The notes under the pieces were generated by a model. It worked only from the letters and a program-made list of their open reading frames with translations. It did not search any database and was not told the origin of the DNA. Shown here in pieces: positions 10,216 to 20,478 of a stretch of DNA of 64,000 nucleotides (positions are counted from its first letter, which is position 1; the number at the start of each line of letters is the position of its first letter). Both the position numbers and the translations under genes were made by a program. Source of the DNA: Candidatus Kaelpia imicola (GTDB taxonomy: Bacteria; Omnitrophota; Gorgyraeia; Kaelpiales; Kaelpiaceae); contig JAVCCL010000001.1 of the NCBI GenBank assembly GCA_030765505.1, forward strand, positions 12,306-76,305, in the 5' to 3' direction.

Positions 10216-11289
10216 ATGAAGAAGAAAACGGTTATTATCTCTCTTTCCGGTATAGGCAATACTATATTAGCAATACCTTTTTTGAAAAACCTCCGGCATA
10301 TTATTGATACGGATATAAGGTTGGTCCTATTAAATGCAGGTCTTGGAAAGATGCTTAAAGATGCAGGGTTAATAGATGGCTATTCTGTTTTTACAAGAAG
10401 TATATTAGCCAATTTAGTCCTGTTATTTAAATTACACAAGCAGAGGTTTGATTATTCGTTTACTGTTTTTCCTTCGAATAAAACAGCGCTAAATATTCTG
10501 GTGTTTTTAATTGCAGCACAGAATAGAATTTCGCATAGATATAAGGGTGGATTATTTAGGTTTGATTTTTTAATCAATAAGAAGGTAGAGTCAGATGTGA
10601 AGATTCATGATTTAGAACAGAATTTAAATCTCCTCAAAGTCTTAGATGGTAGAGATGGGGGAATAAGTTATGATTTAAACCTTAAACTTAATTATGATAA
10701 TTTTGAAATTGTAAAACGATATATAGAAAATAGAGGTTTAAATAATAAATTTTTAGTAGGGATTCATCCTGGAGGAGGAGGTTCTTGGAATAAGAGCTGG
10801 CAGGGTCATAAAAAAAGGTGGCCTATAGAAAGATTTGCAGAACTATCTCAAAGATTAATTGACGATAAAGATGCATATATTCTTATTTTTGGAGGTAATG
10901 AGGAAAGTTCTTTAAAAAATAGATTAGCAGATTATATAAAAGATAAAGCTAGAGTATTCGTTATGGATAGTCAGTCTTTGGAATTAACAGCACTCTTCAT
11001 AGAGTGTTGTAAGTTATTTATATCCAATGATACTGGGCTTATGCACTTAAGTTCTGCTTTATCAATTCCAACTTTAGGCATTTTTGGACCTAGTAACCAT
11101 GCAAGAACAGCTCCACGTGGCAAGAAGAGCTTTTATATAATGAATAATGTAGTTGATTGTTCACCTTGCCTAAGATACCCCTTCTATTCAAGCAGGAGCA
11201 GCATAGACTGCTCTAGGGGTTTAGCTTGCTTAAAGAGTATAAGCGTTGATGATGTTTATAATAAGTTAAGAACCAAGGGGTTAGTATAA
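10216..11289 (+). CDS. GT9 heptosyltransferase-like
   Basis: GIGN, KRWP, SNDTGLMHL, FGPS, CSPC motifs. Confidence 0.9.
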   Translation: MKKKTVIISLSGIGNTILAIPFLKNLRHIIDTDIRLVLLNAGLGKMLKDAGLIDGYSVFTRSILANLVLLFKLHKQRFDYSFTVFPSNKTALNILVFLIAAQNRISHRYKGGLFRFDFLINKKVESDVKIHDLEQNLNLLKVLDGRDGGISYDLNLKLNYDNFEIVKRYIENRGLNNKFLVGIHPGGGGSWNKSWQGHKKRWPIERFAELSQRLIDDKDAYILIFGGNEESSLKNRLADYIKDKARVFVMDSQSLELTALFIECCKLFISNDTGLMHLSSALSIPTLGIFGPSNHARTAPRGKKSFYIMNNVVDCSPCLRYPFYSSRSSIDCSRGLACLKSISVDDVYNKLRTKGLV

Positions 11290-11290
11290 A

Positions 11291-11929
11291 GTGATAAGGA
11301 TTGAAGTTGATTATAAAATAAGCTCGGATCTGGCAGCTATTATAAAAGACCGCATTAAAGGTTACATTTTAGATGTAGGAACTGGAGACGGCTCTAAGCT
11401 TTACCATCTGTTGGAAGGTTCTAAATTTAAAAAAGCCGTAGCCTTAGAGCCAGATTCTTCAAAAATTGATTCTGCAAAAAAATTATTTAAAAAAGATGCT
11501 AGAGTAAAGCTTATAAATACAGATTTAAAACATATGCCTAGACAGATTGGGCAGTTTGATTTAGTCATGATGTTTGAAGTTATAGAACACATACCTCTTG
11601 CTTTGCTTGATGGTTATATCAGGAGGATAAGAGGGCTGCTTGTTAAAGGAGGTATCATAATAGTCTCATCTCCTAATAGGTATATATATCGCATGATATG
11701 CAATTTAAAGCTGGAAAAGAGAGAGTCGACTCACGTATCAGAGATGAATTGGCTAGAACTGAGAAGGTTTATGAAGAATTATTTTAAAGAGCAGGTTTTT
11801 AAAGGAGAGTTTCCAGGTATGAGCATCACAAGAAGATTCCCTGTGTTTTACAATTATTTTTCGCTATTAAACAAAAATTTTGCTCATCCGGCTGTATCGC
11901 GTGCTATATACTGGGTTGGTGAAAAATAG
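11291..11929 (+). CDS. Class I SAM-dependent methyltransferase
   Basis: LDVGTGDG, FEVIEH, GG.IIVSSPN. Confidence 0.85.
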   Translation: MIRIEVDYKISSDLAAIIKDRIKGYILDVGTGDGSKLYHLLEGSKFKKAVALEPDSSKIDSAKKLFKKDARVKLINTDLKHMPRQIGQFDLVMMFEVIEHIPLALLDGYIRRIRGLLVKGGIIIVSSPNRYIYRMICNLKLEKRESTHVSEMNWLELRRFMKNYFKEQVFKGEFPGMSITRRFPVFYNYFSLLNKNFAHPAVSRAIYWVGEK

Positions 11930-12749
11930 CTTTGCCATGATAAGTAAAGGTTTTTTAAAAGATAAAAATCTGAAAATAGTCTATTTGCATCCCCATGGTT
12001 TGGGAGATTTAATACTCTCTATGCCTAGTTTGGAATATATTATGGGGAGAGATTCTAATTTCGGCTTGATTGTAAAAGATGCTATATATGATTCTGGATT
12101 CTTTAAAAGCTATCCTTATAAAGAGAGAATTTTCTCTGGATGTTCTTGCATATGGGATAGACTTCAAATCGTCAAAAGCTTTAAAAATATAGATAAAATG
12201 GTAGAAGATATTAAAATTATCGGTATAGATGTTTTCTATCTTAAATTTAATAAAAATATCGATAGAAGGTTACAAATAAATAAAGGCTTAAGCAAATATA
12301 TCGGTATGGATATACCTTTTGATGATAGAGTTCATGGTAAGATCTATGTAGAAGATAAAGATATAAGATGGGCGCAGAGCAATATTAGTTCAGGAGTATT
12401 TTTTCATAGCTATTCTGAATCTGGATTTAAATCAATATTACCTAAAAAATTGAAGAAAATGACAGGCTTAAAAGATACTCCTCTTTTTATACCTACTATA
12501 GGAGATAATATTAATTTGAACTTTGCTGCTCAGAAGATAAGTAAAGTTAATATAGTAATAGATTCTGTCTATATGCATTCTTCAGCTGCTATGGCTAAGG
12601 ATATTGATTTACTATTTGTATCTTTTAAGGTAAAAAAATTCTTCCAAACCTTAAAACCTAAAAATATTAATATAAATAAAATTATCTACGGTAATTTATT
12701 TGATGCTTTAAATTCTTTTTTATTCTATAGATTTAAGAAGTTAAAATGA
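11880..12749 (+). CDS. Divergent GT9-like protein
   Basis: GLGDLIL and IDSVYMHSSAA motifs; start probably ATG 11937. Confidence 0.55.
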   Translation: MLIRLYRVLYTGLVKNSFAMISKGFLKDKNLKIVYLHPHGLGDLILSMPSLEYIMGRDSNFGLIVKDAIYDSGFFKSYPYKERIFSGCSCIWDRLQIVKSFKNIDKMVEDIKIIGIDVFYLKFNKNIDRRLQINKGLSKYIGMDIPFDDRVHGKIYVEDKDIRWAQSNISSGVFFHSYSESGFKSILPKKLKKMTGLKDTPLFIPTIGDNINLNFAAQKISKVNIVIDSVYMHSSAAMAKDIDLLFVSFKVKKFFQTLKPKNININKIIYGNLFDALNSFLFYRFKKLK

Positions 12750-12753
12750 AATT

Positions 12754-13887
12754 ATGGATTTAAGATTAAAATTGTTACGAAGCGGATTATTAAAACAATT
12801 TATAAGATGGGGTCTAACAGATGCCATTCTCGATCTTTACTGGAGTAGAGATAATAAATCCTTATGGAAAGAAATTAAGAGCAGTGGGTATATAGATAAA
12901 CCTAGAACAGTCTGGTTTGAACCAACAATGCGCTGTAATCTTCGTTGTGATTTTTGCCATCAGAATTCAAGAAGGAGCTTAAATTTTAAAGAACTAAATA
13001 TGCAGGAGATAGAAAAATTTTTAGATTGTGTAAAAGATTGGGGTATAGATTTGATAGAGATGGTAGGGGGAGAGATATTTATGAGAGAGGATATCTTTGA
13101 AATATTAGATCTTATAGAGATTCGGAGTATGAAGGTAAAATTAGGTACTAATGGCTATCTTCTGGATCAAGAGAGGGTAGAGAGGCTGAAAACTTACAAA
13201 TCTATAGAGAGCATAGCAATCTCAATAGATGCGGATAGAGAGCGTCATAATAGCTTAAGAAAATCAGGAGATTCTTTTCAAAGAGCTTGTCGAGCATTAG
13301 AGTTATTATGTGATGCTCCGTTTATAGTTGGACTATATGCCATTATTGTCTCTGAGAGCGTTGATTCTATTGGCTACCTCATTGATTTGGCCTCTAAATT
13401 AAAAGTCGATAGGCTTACATTTATGCCTGAAATGTTTTATTCAAAAAATGATATTGAAGAGGCGTCTGATATTTTGCATTTTAATCAGAGTGACAGGTTC
13501 TTTATACAGCAAAAAGAGCTTAGCGATAAAAAAACATATTTGCAAAAAAATACCGCTGCTATTTATGAGATAAGGAATTTAAGAAAAAGAAGTGCTGTAT
13601 TTACAGCTATATACCCAAGGATTGCAGCGAAATATCCACTTGAATTCTTTCAAGGTCGAGTGCAGAAAGAGAAGAGTTTGATATGTAAGAATCTCTGCTC
13701 CTTGACAGTTATAGAGAATGGAGATGTGCTGGTATGCCCTTTTATATACAAAAAGATTGGCAATGTAACTGAAAATAGCCCATTTGAATTTTGGAATAGC
13801 AAACTCATGCAGAGTTTACGTAAAGATATATTAAATAATAATCTATTACCTATATGCAAAAAGTGTTGTTCGTTAGCTTACATCTGA
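12754..13887 (+). CDS. Radical SAM/SPASM domain protein
   Basis: CNLRCDFC, GGE, TNG; SPASM C..GDV.VCP...C..C. Confidence 0.9.
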   Translation: MDLRLKLLRSGLLKQFIRWGLTDAILDLYWSRDNKSLWKEIKSSGYIDKPRTVWFEPTMRCNLRCDFCHQNSRRSLNFKELNMQEIEKFLDCVKDWGIDLIEMVGGEIFMREDIFEILDLIEIRSMKVKLGTNGYLLDQERVERLKTYKSIESIAISIDADRERHNSLRKSGDSFQRACRALELLCDAPFIVGLYAIIVSESVDSIGYLIDLASKLKVDRLTFMPEMFYSKNDIEEASDILHFNQSDRFFIQQKELSDKKTYLQKNTAAIYEIRNLRKRSAVFTAIYPRIAAKYPLEFFQGRVQKEKSLICKNLCSLTVIENGDVLVCPFIYKKIGNVTENSPFEFWNSKLMQSLRKDILNNNLLPICKKCCSLAYI

Positions 13888-14344
13888 ATGTAGGTATTTA
13901 ATATAAAAATGTAACACCAATATGATAATGTCATCTAGTCAAATTAGAAATGGCACCTTGTAAAGGTGCTATAATCGTTCCTTTCAGGGCGCTGTGCTAA
14001 GTCTACTAAAACAACCTCTCGAATTGGTATATTTTTCCAGGTTTTTGGCTATCTACATAACGCCTGTTTATAGATCTATGATTCAGAAAGGATATTATAT
14101 CTGATATTTGCATGGGAAGCCATCTATTTTGCTCGGAAATGACGAGCAATAAATCAATAGATTAATAGCGATAATTTATAAAAGGAATTTCTTGTAACCA
14201 GAGAGGAAAAGTATGAGCCTTTTTCGAAGATGTTCAAAACAAGGAATTAAGGTCAAGCAGGGTTAACGAGAGTTAAGATTATAGTTCGAGTTATTTTTGG
14301 GGGGGGGCATTCTTTTTGTCTTAAAGTTTTCTTCTAAATACAAT

Positions 14345-15825
14345 TTATAGATGTACTTTTCTTTTAAATATAGGATATTTTCTTTGTAAATAGACCATTG
14401 TCTGCAATATGTAATAAATAGGGACAATAATTAGTATTGAAAATTTGTAAAATCTTTTGCTAATAAGTATTTCTTTAAAAGTTTTTGTTAATTTAATATA
14501 TCCGGCTAAGAAATACATAAAACTCCAATAACAATAGTTTTTATTGCTGTTTAACTTAATTAATAATCCGAATTTTTTTAAGGCTTTTTTTGAAATATCT
14601 TCAACATCTTTTCGGGTAATTAGATTATTTTTTAAATGCCTAACTGTTATTTCACAGTTAGGAAAATATAATAAAGATGAAACAGACAACGCTAACGGAT
14701 GAGGCAGTTTTAAAATAAGCTCAAATGACTTTTTCATGTCATTATTGGTTTCTTCGGGATTTCCTATGATGAAATCGTAGTTTACAAATATTTTATGTTT
14801 ATTAAATAAATTAGCGGCTTCTATTATTTGTTTATTTGTTCCATATCTATTGTAACTTTCTTTACGAATTCTCTCTGAGCCACTCTGTATGCCCAAAGTA
14901 ACTTTCTTTATTCCTGCTTCATGTAGTTTATTTACAATATCCTCATTAACGGTTGATGCTTGAGAGTAGCAAAAAGCTGGAAGGTTTACCCTTTTTTTGT
15001 ATTCATCTGTAAATGCTTGCAACCAATTAAGATCTATTGTAAAAACATCATCCCAAAATTCGACATATTGGAACTGGTATATTTTTTTTGCTATTTCTAA
15101 TTCTTGAATGATATTTTCTACGGTTCTGCGTCTGATAGAGGCATTTTTATATTTAAGTTGATTGTTACAACAGAAAGAGCAAGAAAATGGGCAGTCTAAA
15201 GATGACATGATGTGATATTTTTTGTTTATATGATTATTATAATTTGTATAGTAGATTTTATTGTTGTCTATAAATAATTTATTGTCATCACTATAGTCAG
15301 CAAAAGGTATTGTATCTAAATCTTTTATTAGAAAATTTGTTTTATTTTTGATGATGTGCGTTTTGTCTTTGATCCAAATATTAGGTATTGTGACATCATG
15401 CCAATCTTCAGTTATTGACTTGACCAATTTTGGCAATGAAATATAGCCCTCTCCTATGTTTATTATATCAGCATATTTTATGCAGTCCTCTGGGTTCATG
15501 GTAGGATGTATCCCCCCCCCCAAACAATTTTTATATCCATCTTTTGTTTAATTGTTATAGTAATTTGTTTTGCAATATCAGCGATGGTTGAAAATACGCT
15601 TATACAAAGTAAATCAGGTTGTATTTTACTTATCGAACTATAAAGTAATTCGTATTCTTTTTTAGAGGGCAATCTGTTTTTAAGATAACTGTATGTTTTA
15701 AAAAATATGGTAGTAGTGTCTACATTTTGTTTTTTAAGTATCTGTTGAAATTGCCTTATTGCTATTGAAGTATACTTGTATGAATATAAACTTAGTAGCA
15801 CAACTTTTAATTCAGGTTTTTTCAT
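14345..15825 (-). pseudogene. B12-binding radical SAM protein frameshifted in a G10 tract (ORFs 15496-15825 and 14345-15523)
   Basis: B12 domain ends IVWGG, other frame continues GIHPT; CPFSCSFC, GIQSGS; C10 at 15512-15521 on + strand. Confidence 0.85.
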
Positions 15826-15886
15826 ATCTAAAAGTATTTTGCTTTATGGATGTAATGTATGCAAGTTAATAATTGTATCTTCAATA

Positions 15887-16090
15887 TTATAAAGGGGAAA
15901 GGCCGTATTTAATAAACCTCCGTTTTTCACTTGGAGCAACAATGATGCGACCTTTGATTTTCTTGTGCAGGATCTGGTTTTCCACTTTGAGGTATTCTGT
16001 CTGTTTGATTAACCGGCTGTATACCGGATGCCCCAGAAGCAGCAAAAATTCTTTAATATAAAACTTTAATATAAAACTTGTAAAAAACAA
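15887..16090 (-). pseudogene. Transposase/integrase-core family N-terminal remnant
   Basis: QTEYLKVENQILHKK...RI...EKRRFIKYG resembles N-termini of integrase-core (rve) IS proteins; truncated. Confidence 0.5.
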
Positions 16091-16112
16091 CCAGTTTAAC
16101 TAATATTTTTAT

Positions 16113-16610
16113 ATGCGGCAAAACAAGGCCTTTACTTTGATTGAGCTTATAATTCTTATCACAATCTTAGGTTTTGTAGTACTGATATCTGTGCCTAATA
16201 TTGATTCTTATTTGGATGCCAGGATATATTCCTGTGCTCAGAAGATAAGTTCTGACATAAGATATACTCAGTATCTCTCTATCGCAGAGCATGAGAGCTA
16301 TGGCTTGGAGTTCAATGCTGCGGCTAATTATTATCGAGTCTATGAGGTTGATACAGGCAATCCGGCTACAGATCCTTATAGCCGGGCTAATATGGAATTA
16401 GATTTGGATACAACAGGGGAGTATAAAGGGGTTAGCATTAGTTCTGTAAATATAGATGCTTCAAATGAGTTAAGGTTTTCATCTTTGGGTGAGCCTTTGG
16501 ATTCATCCGGTAATGATTTATCGGCAGTAGGCACGATAGCTTTAAATTATAGGGGCAGGTCTAAAACAATTATGATATATCCTGTAACAGGGTGGGTGGA
16601 GGTTCAGTGA
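16113..16610 (+). CDS. Minor pilin (MshC/FimT/GspH-like)
   Basis: AFTLIEL prepilin site; DIRYTQ, F..LG.P, TGWV C-terminus. Confidence 0.85.
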   Translation: MRQNKAFTLIELIILITILGFVVLISVPNIDSYLDARIYSCAQKISSDIRYTQYLSIAEHESYGLEFNAAANYYRVYEVDTGNPATDPYSRANMELDLDTTGEYKGVSISSVNIDASNELRFSSLGEPLDSSGNDLSAVGTIALNYRGRSKTIMIYPVTGWVEVQ

Positions 16611-17092
16611 AAGGTCTAACTCTTATAGAGATAATAATCTCAATAGTGGTCTTTGTCCTTATTGCAATTCCTCTTATGAATATATTTGCTACTGTTTCTC
16701 GGGATACCGATGTTGGTATCTATATTAATCGCGCTTCTAGCATGGCTGCATCTTGTATGGAGTTGATCTTAAGTAGATCCTTTGACGAAGAGTCTTCCTC
16801 TCCATTTACAAATCCTGTTGACCTCGGGCCAGATAGCGGTGAGATTACATTGACTGATTATGATGATGTGGATGATTTTGACGACTACTCTTTTACAGAT
16901 TCAGACTATCCCGGCATTACAACCACTGTATCTGTTTATTATGTGGATAATCCTGATTCCTCAGCTGATTGGGATAATACAGCTGCAGCTGCAACAGATT
17001 ATAAGAGGATAGATATATCGGCTGCTCATGCTCAACTTGGTACTGTAACTCTATCTAACGGAGTTAGTTATGCAGGGCATAATACGAAATAA
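16607..17092 (+). CDS. Minor pilin (MshD-like)
   Basis: GTGA-coupled start, GLTLIEII, SFDE and DDVDDF motifs, YKRIDI. Confidence 0.8.
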   Translation: MKGLTLIEIIISIVVFVLIAIPLMNIFATVSRDTDVGIYINRASSMAASCMELILSRSFDEESSSPFTNPVDLGPDSGEITLTDYDDVDDFDDYSFTDSDYPGITTTVSVYYVDNPDSSADWDNTAAAATDYKRIDISAAHAQLGTVTLSNGVSYAGHNTK

Positions 17093-17600
17093 AAAGTCAT
17101 TTACAATAATAGAGATAGTAATGGTCATCGTTCTTGTAGGAGTCTTCTCTTACGGTGTCTCACTCTATGTACTTAGAGTAGTTGATTCTTGGAAATTTTT
17201 AACTCAGAGATATGAACTGGAGCAGGATTCTAAATTAGCACTTGATTTTATGAGCCGGGATTTAAAAGAGATAGATATAGACTCATCATCCAATCCTACC
17301 ATAAGTTCTGCAAAAGATGATGCTGTAACCTTTACAAATACTGGTGCAGAAAGCATTGTCTATACATATAGCAGTAACGTTATCTATAAAAACTCTCAAC
17401 CCTTAACGAAGAATATAAGTAGTTTCGAGATAAAGTATTATAATCAGAGCAATGTTGAACTTGTTCCTGCTGCTGGGGTCCTATCTGCTGCACAGATTAA
17501 AGATATCTGGTATCTATACTTAAGATTCAGCGCTTCCAAGGGTGATCAGAGCAGTCTTTATAACTCTTATATTTTTCCGAGAAACTTTTTATCCAGATGA
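17070..17600 (+). CDS. Minor pilin (MshO/PilW-like)
   Basis: SFTIIEIV, ALDFMSRDL, C-terminal PRN. Confidence 0.8.
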   Translation: MQGIIRNKKSFTIIEIVMVIVLVGVFSYGVSLYVLRVVDSWKFLTQRYELEQDSKLALDFMSRDLKEIDIDSSSNPTISSAKDDAVTFTNTGAESIVYTYSSNVIYKNSQPLTKNISSFEIKYYNQSNVELVPAAGVLSAAQIKDIWYLYLRFSASKGDQSSLYNSYIFPRNFLSR

Positions 17601-17929
17601 ATAATTTAATTAAAAAAGATGGGTTGGCTCTTCTCTTGGTAATCTTTGTAATGATGCTATTTTCTATTTTTGGAATGATGCTTGCCTCTATTTTTGCTAA
17701 TAGAACTGAAGTAGCAAAAGGGTTTTACCGCATGGCTCAGACTATGTTTGTAAATGATATGGGAATTGAGAGGGCAAAGCAGAAACTCTATGATGATTGG
17801 AGCTATAGGACGGCAGGCTTAAATGAAAGCGTAGATATAGCGGGACTTAATAGCAGTTATACAATCATAATTGCTGGAGCTTCTGGAGATCCGGTTGAGA
17901 TAAGCGTTGAAAGTGAAATATTGGATTAG
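17597..17929 (+). CDS. Minor pilin (MshP/PilX-like)
   Basis: GLALLLV without E5, GIERA motif. Confidence 0.75.
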   Translation: MNNLIKKDGLALLLVIFVMMLFSIFGMMLASIFANRTEVAKGFYRMAQTMFVNDMGIERAKQKLYDDWSYRTAGLNESVDIAGLNSSYTIIIAGASGDPVEISVESEILD

Positions 17930-17980
17930 TCTATTTAGGCTTGATTTTATTACGGTTAAACACTAAAATCCAATAACCTT

Positions 17981-18691
17981 ATGAAAATCTCATTTGTAAT
18001 CCCGGTATATAATGAAGAAGAGAATATACCGATTCTCTATGGAGAGCTTAAAGATGTTATAAATTCTGCTGGCGTTGAGCCTGAGATTATCTTCATAGAT
18101 GATGGTTCTACTGATAAGAGCTTGGATATTATCAAAAGTATAAAGAGAGAAGACCAAACCGTTAAGGTCATATCTTTTAAAAAGAATTATGGACAATCCA
18201 GCGCTTTAAAAGTAGGTTTCGACAGAGCAAGCGGTGATATTATAGCGACTATGGATTCAGATTTGCAGAATGATCCTGCTGAAATTCTAAAGTTGATCTC
18301 TTATCTTGAGAAAGGTTATGATGTTGTTTCAGGGTGGAGGAAAAATAGAGCGGACTCTTTTAAAAAGAGATTTGCGTCAAAAATAGCAAACAATATAAGA
18401 AACAAAATTATAAAAGATGGTATCAAAGATACAGGCTGCATGCTTAAAGTATACAGAAGGGATGTTTTGACTAGAATAGAGATGTTTCGCGGTTTTCACA
18501 GATTTCTTCCTATCTTGCTTAAGCTCCACGGGGCATCTGTTGTAGAGGTTGAGGTCAATCATAGGAAGAGAAAGTTCGGTAAGAGCAAATATGGAATAAA
18601 GAATAGGATATTTAAATCTCTAGTAGATACATTTATTGTTCTCTGGATGAAGAAGAATTACATTGAACCTCATATTAAGGAGGAGTTATGA
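17981..18691 (+). CDS. GT2 undecaprenyl-phosphate glycosyltransferase (ArnC-like)
   Basis: DDGSTD, DSDLQND, DTGCMLK, HRFLP, SKY. Confidence 0.9.
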   Translation: MKISFVIPVYNEEENIPILYGELKDVINSAGVEPEIIFIDDGSTDKSLDIIKSIKREDQTVKVISFKKNYGQSSALKVGFDRASGDIIATMDSDLQNDPAEILKLISYLEKGYDVVSGWRKNRADSFKKRFASKIANNIRNKIIKDGIKDTGCMLKVYRRDVLTRIEMFRGFHRFLPILLKLHGASVVEVEVNHRKRKFGKSKYGIKNRIFKSLVDTFIVLWMKKNYIEPHIKEEL

Positions 18692-18954
18692 ATATAAAGT
18701 TCTGGCTTCTGGTGGGTTTCTTGGGGCAGATAATGTTCTCTATGCGTTTTTTAATTCAGTGGCTTGCATCTGAGAAAAAGAAGAAGAGTATAGTTCCGAT
18801 ATCTTTCTGGTATTTTAGCATAGCAGGAGGAATATTACTTCTAAGTTATGCTATATTCCGCAAAGACCCTGTTTTTATATTAGGACAGTCAATGGGTGTA
18901 ATCATATATTCGCGTAACCTGTATCTAATACATAAGAAATATCAAGTCGATTAA
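18688..18954 (+). CDS. Lipid-A biosynthesis N-terminal (LAB_N) membrane protein
   Basis: RFLIQW..SE, FWYFS, DPVFILGQ. Confidence 0.9.
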   Translation: MNIKFWLLVGFLGQIMFSMRFLIQWLASEKKKKSIVPISFWYFSIAGGILLLSYAIFRKDPVFILGQSMGVIIYSRNLYLIHKKYQVD

Positions 18955-20442
18955 GTGAAAACAATAGGCCTTGTTTTAATCTCTGCATCTATCCTCTTTT
19001 TTTTCCTGGGTCATCTCTCTTTGATAGATCCCGACGAGGGCCGTTATGCAGAGTCTGCCCGAGAGATGATGAATTCCAATCAATATCTTATTCCTCTTCT
19101 TAACTCAGCTCCGCGGATTAATAAGCCGATACTTTTCTACTGGACGATTGTAGCATCTTATAAAATATTCGGTGTTAATGAGTTTGCAGCTCGTTTTCCC
19201 TCGGCTTTGTCAGGTTTGGGTCTCATTTTGGGACTATACTTGTTTGTAAAAGAAGAGAAAAAAGAGAAGAGGTCTTTTATCCCGATGTTGGTATTATTAA
19301 GCTCGCCTGCTTTCTTAATAAGTTCGCGTATCGCTATAACAGATATGCTTTTTACGACTTTTATTATTTTTTCTATCTTCACTTTTTGGCTTGGCTTGGG
19401 TAATAAGAAGTTTATATTTTTGTCTTTTATCTTTGCCGGGCTATCCTTGGCTACTAAAGGTCCGGCAGGGGTGCTGTTAATTTTTCTCTCTATCTTACTA
19501 TTCTCTATTATTGAAAGAGATAGGTCTTATTTCAAAAGGCTCTTCAATCCCTGGGGAATTATGATTATGCTTTTGATAGGGGGAGGATGGTATTTGATGC
19601 TTTTCTTTAAAATAGGCCAAGCCGATTTTTTTGAGCTTATAAGAGAAGAGACATTAGGGAGGTTTCAAGAGGGTTTTGTGCATAGAGAGCCTTTCTACTA
19701 TTATATTCCTTTGATATTTGCAGGTTTTATACCTTGGTCTTTCTTTTTTTTCAGGTTAAGAAAATCTGATTTATCAACAAGATTGAATAGATTTTTAATC
19801 TGTTATGTTTTTGTAGCAGTTCTGTTTTTCAGTCTCTGCAAAAGTAAACTTCCAACCTATATTCTATCTATCTTCCCGCTATTAGCCATAGTGCTTGGCG
19901 ATAGTATAGAGAGGGCTTGGGAGAAAAGGACAAAAGCGGGATTGTTTTTCTTTTTCACGTTGACAGCTGTTAGCTTGGCTCTTAGATTCATCCCCCCGAA
20001 TTTTATAGATGTCGGGGTAAGTCTGTCTTTCTACAGCATAGCTTTGATAATCTTTCTCATAGCCGTCCCTCTATTGATGCTGTATAAAAAAAAGCTTAAG
20101 ATCCAGTTTCTATACCTTTTTCTATCCCCTGTTCTGATATACTTTTATCTCTTGCTATCTTACGGAGATGCATTCTCTAATTACCGCTCGACTGAGAGTC
20201 TCTTTAGAGAGAGAGATTTAAATGCTGAGACTATATATACTTGGAAATTCTTTAAACCCAGCATTCTCTTTTATTCCAAGTCTAAAGTGAAGGAGATAGA
20301 AGGAATAGAGGATTTTAAAGGTAACTATATTATAACCCCTAAGAAAGAGCTCTCTTTTTTGAAGGAGAGATTGCCCTCTTTTGAGATAATATCCGAGACA
20401 GATAAATATTATTTGGTTAAGGTACAAAAGTTACAAAAATAG
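18955..20442 (+). CDS. ArnT-family (GT83) lipid A glycosyltransferase
   Basis: DPDEGRY, KPIL.YW, AARFPSA, TKG, HREPFYYY, KLPTY. Confidence 0.9.
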   Translation: MKTIGLVLISASILFFFLGHLSLIDPDEGRYAESAREMMNSNQYLIPLLNSAPRINKPILFYWTIVASYKIFGVNEFAARFPSALSGLGLILGLYLFVKEEKKEKRSFIPMLVLLSSPAFLISSRIAITDMLFTTFIIFSIFTFWLGLGNKKFIFLSFIFAGLSLATKGPAGVLLIFLSILLFSIIERDRSYFKRLFNPWGIMIMLLIGGGWYLMLFFKIGQADFFELIREETLGRFQEGFVHREPFYYYIPLIFAGFIPWSFFFFRLRKSDLSTRLNRFLICYVFVAVLFFSLCKSKLPTYILSIFPLLAIVLGDSIERAWEKRTKAGLFFFFTLTAVSLALRFIPPNFIDVGVSLSFYSIALIIFLIAVPLLMLYKKKLKIQFLYLFLSPVLIYFYLLLSYGDAFSNYRSTESLFRERDLNAETIYTWKFFKPSILFYSKSKVKEIEGIEDFKGNYIITPKKELSFLKERLPSFEIISETDKYYLVKVQKLQK

Positions 20443-20478
20443 TTTGATTCTGTAACCCAAAAGATATAAAATCCCTCT

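Noticed and set aside
13888-14344. Possible ncRNA or small gene in the intergenic gap
   Set aside because: Only a short hairpin (GCACCTT-GTA-AAGGTGC) and short ORFs; nothing recognisable
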